NCBI GenBank assembly: GCA_964016885.1
Contig: OZ024740.1
Coordinates: 260,028,001-260,092,000 of the forward strand
Source of the DNA: Eledone cirrhosa
Taxonomy: Eukaryota
Length of the DNA stretch: 64,000 nucleotides
Direction of reading: 5' to 3'
Positions 26,059 through 36,050 of the stretch are shown here, piece after piece. Position numbers and translations under genes: made by a program. The notes under the pieces are model-generated. The model was not told where the DNA came from and did not search any database. It was given only the letters and a program-made list of their open reading frames with translations. Numbering within the stretch: position 1 is the first letter of the stretch; each line of letters opens with the position of its first letter.

Positions 26059-26382
26059 GTGAATGTAATAGATAAAATCCATGGGGCTGAAAATCGAGGA
26101 CCCATCAACCTCAGCCGGTCGCCCTGGAGTGACGTGGCTAAAGTTTATAGTATGCTACTACTGGTCAGATAAACGAAAACAGAAAGGAATGGGAACATAA
26201 GTTAACGTCAATCTCATGACACAAGGTAAAAGAAAGAAAGAAAGGAAGGAGAGAGAAGAAGGGGGAAGAAAGAAGAAGAGAAGCGAGGGTTAATGTCAGC
26301 TAAAAGAAGAAATGCAACTACTATCGGTCAGATATAGGCAAGCAAGAGGGGGAAGGAAGATAAGTCTGCGGGAGGAAGGCAG

Positions 26383-26784
26383 TATAACGGGTTTTAGGGT
26401 CAATTCTTGGTATACATAATAGAAATCAGAAGGCATTTAGAACATTGACTAAATCCATTATCGATGTTGTAACTCTATTTATTAGTTGTACAGGTTGAAC
26501 GGATACATTAAGTACAGGTAGTATCTACATGTGTAGGATGTAGTTTGGTCCGCTTCATTGCAAGATGGAGATGTTGTTAGCAGCGAGGAGTGTAGCCTGG
26601 TCTTGTCGATAAGAGAGGTGCGTGTAGACTAATGTCTCTCTTGGTTACCTCCGCTCACCTGGTGACGTAGTTCTGGACAGTCCAATTAGTGCACCGAAGG
26701 TTTCGATTGGCTCACACTTCAGCCAACTTACCTCCGTAACACCATTCCGCCGCAGAAGGAAAATACATTTCATTCACTGCTACA
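26383..26784 (-). repeat. 3' LTR (TGTA...TATA)
   Basis: No differences from 31701-32102 seen by eye. Confidence 0.95.
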
Positions 26785-26797
26785 TCACCCCCTGCTT
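26785..26797 (-). other. Polypurine tract
   Basis: AAGCAGGGGGTGA immediately 5' of the 3' LTR on the minus strand. Confidence 0.8.
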
Positions 26798-27006
26798 AGG
26801 CTTACAGCCGACAGAGAAATAAGGGTAGCAGTTGAATGAAAGAAAAAGTACTATATAATAGTAAACACAATAAAATATATCACTGATAAAGAAATGTTCA
26901 TATTACAGGAAAGTCAGAAATAGTGTAATGTTCACCTTAGTTCATACATTTAATACAAATACAAGGGCGGAGCAAACTCCAAGAAGATTGCTGTAAATAA
27001 CATAGT

Positions 27007-29769
27007 TCATATATAAAGAGTCTTGCAAAGCTTCTTGGGCCAATGTACTCGCCGACCGCTACGTGTGGTGGTGACATATGTAGGTGTAGGTGTGTGCGAT
27101 GTTATATGTGTATTGTGGCTTGGCTGATGCCAGGTGTATGTGGGGGGAAAATGGGGCTCTTGTGTGAGAGTGTCTGTATAGGCCCGTTTTACCCTGTCAA
27201 TGGACACAGTCTCTTTTTTACCCCCAATGTCTAGGGTGAATAGCTTATCTGTGCGCTCAAGCACGCGATAGGGACCGGTATAAGGTGGCATGAGAGGAGC
27301 TCTCACGGCGTCCTTTCGTAAAAAGACGTGGGTCCATGAAGCAATGTCTTTCGGGACCGAAGATTTGATTGTCTGTTGGCGAGGGTGCATAGGCGGAAGA
27401 TTGCTGAAATATGATTGCAGTCTGCTCACATACAGAGCTGGGTCTGTTGCTGGTAGGTCCAATGGAGCTAACATCTGACCAGGCAGAGATATAGGCACTC
27501 CGTAAACCAACTCGGCGGGGGAGTAGCCTAGATCTTCCTTGATGGCTGCACGACAGCCCAGGAGGACAATTGGTACATATTCGCTCCACCGCTGCTGATC
27601 CGGATAAGCGCGCAGTGCGGCTTTCAATTGGCGGTGGAAGCGTTCAATCATTCCGTTAGAAGCTGGATGGTAGCTGGTCGTTCGAATGCGTTGCATTCCC
27701 AGGATCCTTGAAAGCTCTCGGAAAAGGTGTGACTCAAATTGTCCACCGCGGTCAGTGGTGATAGTGGCTGGAACTCCGTAACGCGATATCCAACCCGATA
27801 CTAGAGCTCGCGCCACAGATTCCGCCGAAATGTCACTTAAAGGAATGGCCTCAGGCCAACGTGTGAAGCGATCTATGCAGGTCAGGAGGTATGTAAATCC
27901 TCGGCTGACCGGCCATGGTCCGACAAGATCTATATGGACATGGCTGAACCTAGCGTCTGGAGTGCTGAAAGTTCCAAGGGGTGCGCGGATGTGTTTGTGC
28001 ACCTTTGACTTTTGGCAGGATAGGCAGGAACGTGTCCAGGCAGTGATGTCACGCCTCATATTAGGCCAGAAGAATCTAGCCGAAATGAGCTTCACTGTGG
28101 TCGATATTCCAGGGTGTGCCAGACCGTGCAAGGTGTCGAAAACTGCTCGACGATGAGTCACTGGCACTAGAGGGCGAGGTGCATCTGTCGAGGTGTCGCA
28201 GATAATCTGTGTGTCCGAAGTGGGCACAGGCAGATATGCAAATTTGCCAGTTGCAAATTCAGAAGACGAGAGGTCCAAAGTATCCAGAGGTGGTTGTTCT
28301 GTGGCCATTCGTTGGAGGTCGATTTCCGCTGGCGATGACAGGGAATTAATTGGGAGGCGAGACAGTGCATCTGCCGCCGCATTCTGTTCACCAGAGATGT
28401 GTCGGATATCGCTGGTAAATTGCGAAACGAAGTCCAAGTGGCGAGTTTCGCGAGGTGAATATTTGTCCGGCTTAGAACGCAGTGCGAACGTAAGCGGACG
28501 GTGGTCAGTGTATATAACAAATTGGCGACCCTCCAGTGAATGCCGAAAGTGTTTCACTGCAAGGTACATAGCCAAGAGTTCACGGCCGAATGTGCTATAC
28601 CGTGTTTCTGCAGGCTTCAGCTGTTTAGAAAAGTAGGCAAGAGGTTGTAACTGTTGTTGGTGATGTTGTTGCAGTACTGCACCTACAGCTGTGCCTGATG
28701 CATCAACAACCAGTGAAAACTGGGCACCAGACACAGGATGTGCAAGCAGTGATGTCTCCGCAAGCTTCCGTTTCACTTCGTCGAAGGCTTTTAGCTGATT
28801 CGTGTCCAATGAAATGGAATCGTTCTTCTTTTTCCTGTTACGTAACACGTCGGACAGAGGAGACAGGAGATCCGCACAGTGTGGGATAAAGCGCCTGTAA
28901 TAGTTCAGTAGCCCAAGAAAATGTCGTAGTTGACGAAGTGAAGTGGGTGGTTGGAGGTCTTGTACCGCTTTCACTTTATCAGGTAGTGGCGAAATTCCTT
29001 CTGGGCTGATGACATGGCCCAAGAAGACAAGTGAGGAAGCACCGAAAACACATTTTGCCGGATTAATTCTCACTTGGTATTTTTGAAATCTCTCGAACAG
29101 GAGACGGAGGTGATTGACATGTTCCTCAGGTGAGGCACTTGCCACAAGAATGTCGTCGATGTAGTTGTACACGAAGTCTAAATCGCGCACAACTTCATCC
29201 ATAAATCGTTGGAACGTGCTGGCTGCGTTTCGCAAACCGAAAGGCATGGTCAAAAATTCAAACGCTCCAAATGGAGTTGTTACTGCAGTTTTAGGTATGT
29301 CTGCCGGGTTCACCGGGATTTGGTGGTATGCTTTGACCAAATCCAATTTGGAGAATATGTTGCATCCATGCAGCGAAGATGCAAAATCCTGTATGTGTGG
29401 TATCGGGTAGCGGTCGGGTACCGTCATTGCATTTAACCGGCGAAAGTCCCCAGTGGGACGCCAATCACCGGAACGCTTTGGTACCAAATGCAAGGGTGCG
29501 GCCCACGGGCTTGAGGATGGGCGAATGATCCCGAGCTGCAGCATGTGATTGAATTCAGCCCTTGCGGCCTTCAGTTTCTCAGCAGAGAGACGGCGAGGGC
29601 GCGAAAACACAGGAGCTCCGGATGTTTCAATGTGGTGCTTGGTGGAGTGAGTAGGCTCACTCATCACAAAATTCAAATTTGTTAATTCCGGGAAGGAATG
29701 CAAAAGTGATTGGTAAGGATTTTCTGTAGCAGCGATAAAGAAGACCGGGCTGACCGACGAGACAGTCGA
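27007..29769 (-). CDS. pol: Pol: reverse transcriptase, RNase H, integrase
   Basis: [37 protein letters not shown]; RNase H VDAS/ELLA/TDH/ADALSR; integrase [23 protein letters not shown]; GPY motif. Confidence 0.95.
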   Translation of the reverse strand, partial: STVSSVSPVFFIAATENPYQSLLHSFPELTNLNFVMSEPTHSTKHHIETSGAPVFSRPRRLSAEKLKAARAEFNHMLQLGIIRPSSSPWAAPLHLVPKRSGDWRPTGDFRRLNAMTVPDRYPIPHIQDFASSLHGCNIFSKLDLVKAYHQIPVNPADIPKTAVTTPFGAFEFLTMPFGLRNAASTFQRFMDEVVRDLDFVYNYIDDILVASASPEEHVNHLRLLFERFQKYQVRINPAKCVFGASSLVFLGHVISPEGISPLPDKVKAVQDLQPPTSLRQLRHFLGLLNYYRRFIPHCADLLSPLSDVLRNRKKKNDSISLDTNQLKAFDEVKRKLAETSLLAHPVSGAQFSLVVDASGTAVGAVLQQHHQQQLQPLAYFSKQLKPAETRYSTFGRELLAMYLAVKHFRHSLEGRQFVIYTDHRPLTFALRSKPDKYSPRETRHLDFVSQFTSDIRHISGEQNAAADALSRLPINSLSSPAEIDLQRMATEQPPLDTLDLSSSEFATGKFAYLPVPTSDTQIICDTSTDAPRPLVPVTHRRAVFDTLHGLAHPGISTTVKLISARFFWPNMRRDITAWTRSCLSCQKSKVHKHIRAPLGTFSTPDARFSHVHIDLVGPWPVSRGFTYLLTCIDRFTRWPEAIPLSDISAESVARALVSGWISRYGVPATITTDRGGQFESHLFRELSRILGMQRIRTTSYHPASNGMIERFHRQLKAALRAYPDQQRWSEYVPIVLLGCRAAIKEDLGYSPAELVYGVPISLPGQMLAPLDLPATDPALYVSRLQSYFSNLPPMHPRQQTIKSSVPKDIASWTHVFLRKDAVRAPLMPPYTGPYRVLERTDKLFTLDIGGKKETVSIDRVKRAYTDTLTQEPHFPPTYTWHQPSHNTHITSHTPTPTYVTTTRSGRRVHWPKKLCKTLYI

Positions 29770-30168
29770 TCAGGTACCCGGCACAGACAGTTCTGTGTTG
29801 GCATCCAACAACCGGCGTCTGCGCATATCCACTATCAAGTTATAGTGGTGCAGGAAATCTGAGCCTAGGATGGGGTAAGGCAGATCAGCAACAGTGAAGA
29901 TCCACGTGAAATCTCTACGCAATTCCAGGTTCAAAGAACGAGAAATCTGACCGTACGTGGGGATCGGTGACTGGTTTACTGCTTGCAGAGAGACGGTTGA
30001 GAGTTGGGGCTTCTCTTTGAGAAGTTTTAGCGGCCAAATGCTACAAGCCGCGCCGGTGTCGATCAGACAACGTGCCTGCGACTCAGTGTCTGTGATGAAA
30101 AACACACGGTTATTAGGGAGGGTCAGAGGAGACTGTGCCGTGCTCAGGTCTCCTGAAATCTGTTTCCC
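29770..30168 (-). CDS. pol: Aspartic protease (N-terminal Pol, -1 frame to gag), ending at an in-frame TGA
   Basis: LIDTGAACS and ILGSDFL; same frame as the downstream RT ORF. Confidence 0.9.
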   Translation of the reverse strand, partial: GKQISGDLSTAQSPLTLPNNRVFFITDTESQARCLIDTGAACSIWPLKLLKEKPQLSTVSLQAVNQSPIPTYGQISRSLNLELRRDFTWIFTVADLPYPILGSDFLHHYNLIVDMRRRRLLDANTELSVPGT

Positions 30169-31052
30169 TGGTCCGAAAATGTACAAGGCTGTTTACAGGA
30201 GCGTGCTGCTGCGCCAAAACGGCTGTGGTAGTAACACAAACCTGAACTGCTTGTGTGACGGCGTCGTGGCGAGGGTGAACGGCTCTGGAAACGGCGTCTG
30301 GGCGAATGAGCCCTGTGAGTGCTTAGTTTTCTCACTTCCTTGGTTAGCTGCTCTATTGCTTGCAGCATTGCTGCATTTGCAAGTGACTGGTCGGTATAAC
30401 TGGCAGCCGCTGGAGTGAAGGAAGCGACCGCAGTCGGCGGCTGGGATGCATTGAAGGAGACAGGAGCGAACGGATTGACCGCAGCCGGTGGCTGGGGTGC
30501 CTGGAAGGAGGCAGGAGAGAACGGATTGACCGCAGCCGGTGGCTGAGGTGCCTGGAAGGGGGCAAATGAGGCTGGGTGTCCGATGACACTCATAACCCTG
30601 TCGGCCGAAGCCGCTAGCTGGTCGACAGGAGCAGCCTCCATCATGGGCGCTAAGATCGCCTGAACTCCGGGGGGTAGCCTTGAGACAAAAAGCTGTCTAA
30701 GGAGGGCACTGTCAGCTGGGGCATCTTCCGCCAGCTCTCTCATCCGACGCAGTAGTTGTGTGGGCGTCCGATCACCCAAATGTTCGTCATTGACGAGCGT
30801 CTGAAATTTTTTTTCTGCGGACAATGTGGTCCGCCGCAACACTTCGAGCTTCACGCTCTCATGGGTGGCCCCAGGGCGAGGATCTGTAATTAAGTCTTTG
30901 ACGACCGACGCCAATGACGCTGGAAAAGCGCTTAACAGGAGATTTAACTGTCTGTGGTCACTGGTGATGTTATTCGCTGTGAAATGTGCTTCTATCTGGG
31001 CGAACCAGACAGTGACGTCACCGGTAAACGGTGGCAATGAAGTGCTACCCAT
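30144..31052 (-). CDS. gag: Gag
   Basis: ATG at 31052; LPPF...WFAQIEAHF, LGDRTPTQLLRRM, C-terminal CYYHSRFGAAARSCKQPC knuckle; internal 48-bp repeat FQAPQPPAAVNPF x2. Confidence 0.92.
   Translation of the reverse strand: MGSTSLPPFTGDVTVWFAQIEAHFTANNITSDHRQLNLLLSAFPASLASVVKDLITDPRPGATHESVKLEVLRRTTLSAEKKFQTLVNDEHLGDRTPTQLLRRMRELAEDAPADSALLRQLFVSRLPPGVQAILAPMMEAAPVDQLAASADRVMSVIGHPASFAPFQAPQPPAAVNPFSPASFQAPQPPAAVNPFAPVSFNASQPPTAVASFTPAAASYTDQSLANAAMLQAIEQLTKEVRKLSTHRAHSPRRRFQSRSPSPRRRHTSSSGLCYYHSRFGAAARSCKQPCTFSDQGNRFQET
30162..30168 (-). promoter_or_regulatory. -1 ribosomal frameshift slippery site G_GGA_AAC
   Basis: X_XXY_YYZ heptamer in the gag frame (Q-G-N); the -1 frame continues into protease (..QISGDLS). 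Confidence 0.8.
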
Positions 31053-31684
31053 TGTGTATACTGATGTAAAAGCAAAGGGCAAAGAAAGGACAACTCTGCA
31101 CTTGTCACCGAGACAAAAGTGAAAATTCAGGCCAAGAAAAAATATAATCCGAGTGAAAGACAGAAAAAGAAAAATATATCAAAAACAATGTTGGAGGGAA
31201 AAACGTCAAGCTTTAAAAAAAAATTATGATTTATCTTTGTCCTATTATTTTCTTTTTTTTTTTTTTTTTTCTTTTTGTGTACTTTTCAAAATGGCGTTGC
31301 CTCCGTCATTTTGGCGGGAAAACAGCTGAAGAAGACGGAAGTCGGCCATCTTGCTCTGACTGGCTATCGGCGCCAACAGTTTTTTTTTTTTTTTTTTTAT
31401 AGCGTCGCCCAATCAGAAATTGAGAGGAAAAAATAAGATTTTTGTATTAACGCATGTGTTCGGTGATGTTAGAAAGTGAAGGTGTGATGTGCAGATTTAG
31501 TAACAATAAGACAATATATCAAATACATATTAGGACTCAAGCTAATCGCGTACATACCCCGAGAAAAGGCGAGTGGCTTTGTTTTTTTTTTTTTTTTTTT
31601 GTTTTTTTTTAGGGGGGGATGCGAAATGTTGATGTGTTCGTTGCAACGGAAAGATGTGGTTTCTTCTGTGTTGATGTCCTTAAA

Positions 31685-31698
31685 CGTTCGGGTCACCA
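31685..31698 (-). other. Primer-binding site, tRNA-Trp-like
   Basis: TGGTGACCCGAACG 2 nt downstream of the 5' LTR; complementary to a ..GGGTCACCA tRNA 3' end. Confidence 0.7.
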
Positions 31699-31700
31699 TT

Positions 31701-32102
31701 TATAACGGGTTTTAGGGTCAATTCTTGGTATACATAATAGAAATCAGAAGGCATTTAGAACATTGACTAAATCCATTATCGATGTTGTAACTCTATTTAT
31801 TAGTTGTACAGGTTGAACGGATACATTAAGTACAGGTAGTATCTACATGTGTAGGATGTAGTTTGGTCCGCTTCATTGCAAGATGGAGATGTTGTTAGCA
31901 GCGAGGAGTGTAGCCTGGTCTTGTCGATAAGAGAGGTGCGTGTAGACTAATGTCTCTCTTGGTTACCTCCGCTCACCTGGTGACGTAGTTCTGGACAGTC
32001 CAATTAGTGCACCGAAGGTTTCGATTGGCTCACACTTCAGCCAACTTACCTCCGTAACACCATTCCGCCGCAGAAGGAAAATACATTTCATTCACTGCTA
32101 CA
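31701..32102 (-). repeat. 5' LTR
   Basis: Direct repeat of 26383-26784. Confidence 0.95.
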
Positions 32103-32121
32103 GCAGGAAGAGGGGAGAAGA

Positions 32122-32241
32122 GTATTATATTTCGAATACCTGATGATATCATCGGATTCATATGGAACCCGGTCATTGAAATGATCATAGTATAATAAAC
32201 CTTTCAAGGATTTACACAAATCCAGCCTCCTGTCATTTCAT

Positions 32242-32305
<64 letters not shown>

Positions 32306-32715
32306 TCTCTCTCTCTCTCGTCTGCGACTTCACAGAACTTATGTTTACCGAATTCGCAGACCAGACCCCTTCTTCCTCCCGTTAGACCTGTGCGAAATTC
32401 CTTCCTTGCTCACATTTCAACCAGGTTTGATGGTCTTTATTCTCTCGTTCACGATTTCACCGAATTTATATTCATAGAAATCTGGGACTTGTTTCCTTCT
32501 TCATTACTTTCTGCTGCTTAAACCATTTTGTTCGTTTACCCTAGCGTCCCCCTTATTTAAGTGTCCCAACGACTTTTTTTTAGCCGTTGCTCGCACCAAC
32601 CTGAGGTATATGGCCTCTAATGCGACGAAATGCCTACGACGGTTGGATGGCCACTGATGAGGACAACTTTTTCATATGTAACCCATTTGCAGCGCCGCAG
32701 CTCCATTATTATCAT
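32122..32715 (+). repeat. Right arm of the long inverted repeat
   Basis: Reverse complement of 25432-26058, interrupted by (TA)n. Confidence 0.85.
32136..32193 (+). ncRNA. Minimal hammerhead ribozyme motif (family 2, second copy)
   Basis: ATAC-CTGATGA-...-GAAA-TGATCA-TA-GTAT-AATAAA. Confidence 0.75.
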
Positions 32716-32719
32716 ATTT

Positions 32720-32802
<83 letters not shown>

Positions 32803-32866
32803 TAAATATATATATATATATGTAAGTATGCATGTATACGTACATACATATATGTATACAGTAGCA

Positions 32867-32940
<74 letters not shown>

Positions 32941-33105
32941 TACATACATATGCATACAGGTACACATACATATATGCACGTATCAGTTTAGCGGACGCTT
33001 ATTATAACGCCGCTTTGTTCGTTTGTAAACAAACTGAACAGCCTGAATTTATGCCATACGGTGTTAAGGCAACCACGTCACCTTTTTGTTCAACACTGAC
33101 ACAGG

Positions 33106-33150
33106 AACGATGTACTAGTTTCAAGCTTGTTAGCTATCATCAGCACCGTT
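33106..33150 (-). ncRNA. Minimal hammerhead ribozyme motif (family 3)
   Basis: Reverse complement of 33692-33736. Confidence 0.8.
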
Positions 33151-33385
33151 TACCCATCTGCCAGATAGTTGAACGTTCGAAAGTATATACTTTCCTTATG
33201 AAAATTAACGGCTGAGCAGCCTAATTTGCATATTGAGTGAGTTAAATCGGTCAGGCATACCGAAAACGATAAATTGAAACAAAATGAAAACGAAATTTCA
33301 TTTCTCACTCTTAGTATGGCACTTACTTAAATGTAAGTATGCATGTATACGTACATACATATATGTATACAGACGTACAGTAGCA

Positions 33386-33451
<66 letters not shown>

Positions 33452-33691
33452 TACATACATATGCATACAGGTACACATACATATATGCACGTATCAGTTT
33501 AGCGGACGCTTATTATAACGCCGCTTTGTTCGTTTGTAAACAAACTGTTCGTTTTCATTTTGTTTCAATTTATCGTTTTCGGTATGCCTGACCGATTTAA
33601 CTCACTCAATATGCAAATTAGGCTGCTCAGCCGTTAATTTTCATAAGGAAAGTATATACTTTCGAACGTTCAACTATCTGGCAGATGGGTA

Positions 33692-33736
33692 AACGGTGCT
33701 GATGATAGCTAACAAGCTTGAAACTAGTACATCGTT
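33692..33736 (+). ncRNA. Minimal hammerhead ribozyme motif (family 3)
   Basis: AACGGTG-CTGATGA-T[AGCT aaca AGCT]T-GAAA-CTAG-TA-CATCGTT; 7-bp stem I with one G-U; palindromic ACTAGT stem III. Confidence 0.82.
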
Positions 33737-33895
33737 CCTGTGTCAGTGTTGAACAAAAAGGTGACGTGGTTGCCTTAACACCGTATGGCATAAATTCAGG
33801 CTGTTCAGTTTGTTTACAAACGAACAAAGCGGCGTTATAATAAGCGTCCGTTAAACTGATACGTGCATATATGTATGTGTACCTGTATGCATATG

Positions 33896-33937
<42 letters not shown>

Positions 33938-34041
33938 TGCATGCTACTGTACGTCTGTATACATATATGTATGTACGTATACATGCATACTTACATTTAA
34001 GTAAGTGCCATACTAAGAGTGAGAAATGAAATTTCGTTTTC

Positions 34042-34097
<56 letters not shown>

Positions 34098-34100
<3 letters not shown>

Positions 34101-34433
34101 AGGTACATGGCTTAGTGGTTAGATTGAGCTTGCAATCAAAAGGTTGTGAGTTCAATTCTCAGACCGGGTGATGTGTTGTTTCCTTGAGCAAGACACTTTA
34201 TTTCACATTGCTCCAGTTTACTCAGCTGTAGAAATGAGATGATAGGACTGGGTTCCCTATCATTCCACTGAAAAGTCATTGTGGAGGTGCCACGGCAAAA
34301 AAGGACCCAGCACTCATTGTAAATGAGGTTGGTGTTAGGAAGGGCATCCAGCTGTAGAAATCAAACCAGAATTAGTTCCCGTACCACCCTTGCAAGCAGG
34401 GAAAAGCGGATGTAAAATGATGATGATGATGAT
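34098..34433 (+). mobile_element. SINE head plus RTE-tail fragment
   Basis: tggcttagtggttag...gagttcaattc head; gttaggaagggcatccagctgtagaaa...(GAT)n tail. Confidence 0.65.
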
Positions 34434-34435
34434 AC

Positions 34436-34471
<36 letters not shown>

Positions 34472-34988
34472 AAGAGAGAGAGATTAAGTAGAATCAAATT
34501 CATTGTTGCAGCATATGTGCAACTTCTTCGACATCTCATCAGGTATGCAAGATTAGATGTGCAAAGACATCTAATCTTAACTCTGGAATACAACCCACAT
34601 GAGGCATAACTATAGTTATCCATATAACCAACACGCACACACACATCCCCCCCCCCCACAGACATGCACACACATGCACACATTCACACACGCGTATATG
34701 TATTTTTAATGGTAGGACTGGGGCCCCTATTATTACAACACTCAAGAAACCTCCTATGAGATACAACCCCATAGGAGACTAGCTAAACCTACAAAAATGT
34801 AAGCTGTAACTTTCACTTTATATTAACAGTTACAGATTAAGGTAACAACTAAAGCTGTGTGGTTTATCTCCTTAATTGAGATTTAGCAATAATCCCTCAA
34901 AATCTGGTTTTCTGCCAACCCTTTCATACCTCAATACCCTGAGGGAGGGCCAGCATAAAGAGGAGATAATAGGGGAACTGGCAGTAAA

Positions 34989-35425
34989 ATGATGATGGTG
35001 GTGATGGTGGTGGTAGTGGTGGTGGTGATGATGATTGTGGTGGTAGTGGTGGTGATAATGATGATGGTGATAGTGTTTGTGGCGGTGACGATGATGATGA
35101 TAGTATTGATAGTGGTGGTGGTGGTAGTTGTGGTGGTGGTGGTGTATGTGGTGATGATAGTGGTGGTGGTTGTGTTTGTGGTGATGATATTGGTGGTTGT
35201 GTTTGTGGTGGTGGTGATGATGATGATGGTGGTGTTGGTGGTGATGATGGTGGTGGTGGTGGTGATGGTGATGGTGGTAGTAGTGGTGATGATGATGGCA
35301 GCAGTGATGATGGTGGTGGTTGTGGTGGTGATGATGGTGGTGGTGGTGATGGTGGTGGTAGTTATGGTAGTGGTGATGATGATGCTGGTGATGATGGTGG
35401 GGATGTCGATGGTGGCAGTGAAGAT
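34989..35425. repeat. (GTG/ATG)n low-complexity tract
   Basis: Explains the poly-V/M ORF. Confidence 0.9.
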
Positions 35426-36050
35426 GATATTACCAATTTTAAAACTGTCCTCGATGACACCATTTTATGAAAAAAATAGGCCAAAAGTCCAGCATCCCAC
35501 CCCATCCCTGCAATAGTTTATCTAACTCTTCCCCCTCCAAATATCCCTACCCGTCTCCCTCCCCTAGTTTATTTCATCAATATAGGAGTAGAATAAATGT
35601 GAGTCAGTTGAGGTTGTTTCAGGGAATGGTGGGTGGTTGTTCAATAAATCAGCTGACCACTGCTGCTGTAGCTATCTAGTTCAATGTCCAAATACAACAT
35701 TTTCCATGTTAAAGGAAGGGTTAGTCTTGCCATACAAAGCTTTCATTTCCTCTTTCATCATCTTTAACTGTGTTTTTCTTAGTCTGCTTCCTCTTGCTCC
35801 TTCCACCTTCATTTCCATTATTCCTCTCACCTAATCAATTTCATCCTTGTCAACACATGACCCAACCATCTCATGTCATTTCTCTTCACAACATTTATCA
35901 CTGACTCTGTTCCTCTCACCCAGTCTCTTTCATCCTTCCTTAACACATGACCTAAAGCACTGGGTGGGTGGGTGTAGTGTGGTTAGGATGGTGTAGTGGT
36001 GGTGGTAGGAGATAGTGTTGTTATAGGTGTATTGTAAAAATGGTTGATGC

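Larger units (their letters stand above)
26383..32102 (-). mobile_element. Full-length Ty3/gypsy LTR retrotransposon
   Basis: 402-bp LTRs at 26383-26784 and 31701-32102; TSD GCAG at 26379-26382 and 32103-32106; PBS, PPT; gag-PR-RT-RH-IN order. Confidence 0.97.
32821..34051. mobile_element. Retrozyme-like ~0.5-kb non-coding repeat: 1.4 tandem copies plus one inverted copy
   Basis: Unit restarts at 32821 and 33332; inverted monomer 33548-34051 begins and ends with the same ttcgttttcattttgtttc; one hammerhead per monomer. Confidence 0.75.

Noticed and set aside
26085-26146. HDV-like ribozyme pattern (GGCTGA/TCAGCC, GG, hairpin, GGCTAA)
   Set aside because: P2 gives only about 4 weak pairs and P3 only 2; not supportable without a covariance search
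27043-31122. Plus-strand ORFs inside the gypsy element
   Set aside because: Antisense shadows of gag-pol with no recognisable motifs
32640-32705. Second CTGATGA in the inverted-repeat arms (also at ~25494-25500 and 25339)
   Set aside because: No downstream GAAA or closing stem I; at best a degenerate ribozyme
32617-34043. ORFs rich in YI/IY and repeated MKTKFHF.. ORFs
   Set aside because: Products of (TA)n tracts and of the non-coding repeat itself
34989-35516. 175-aa poly-Val/Met ORF
   Set aside because: Trinucleotide low-complexity tract
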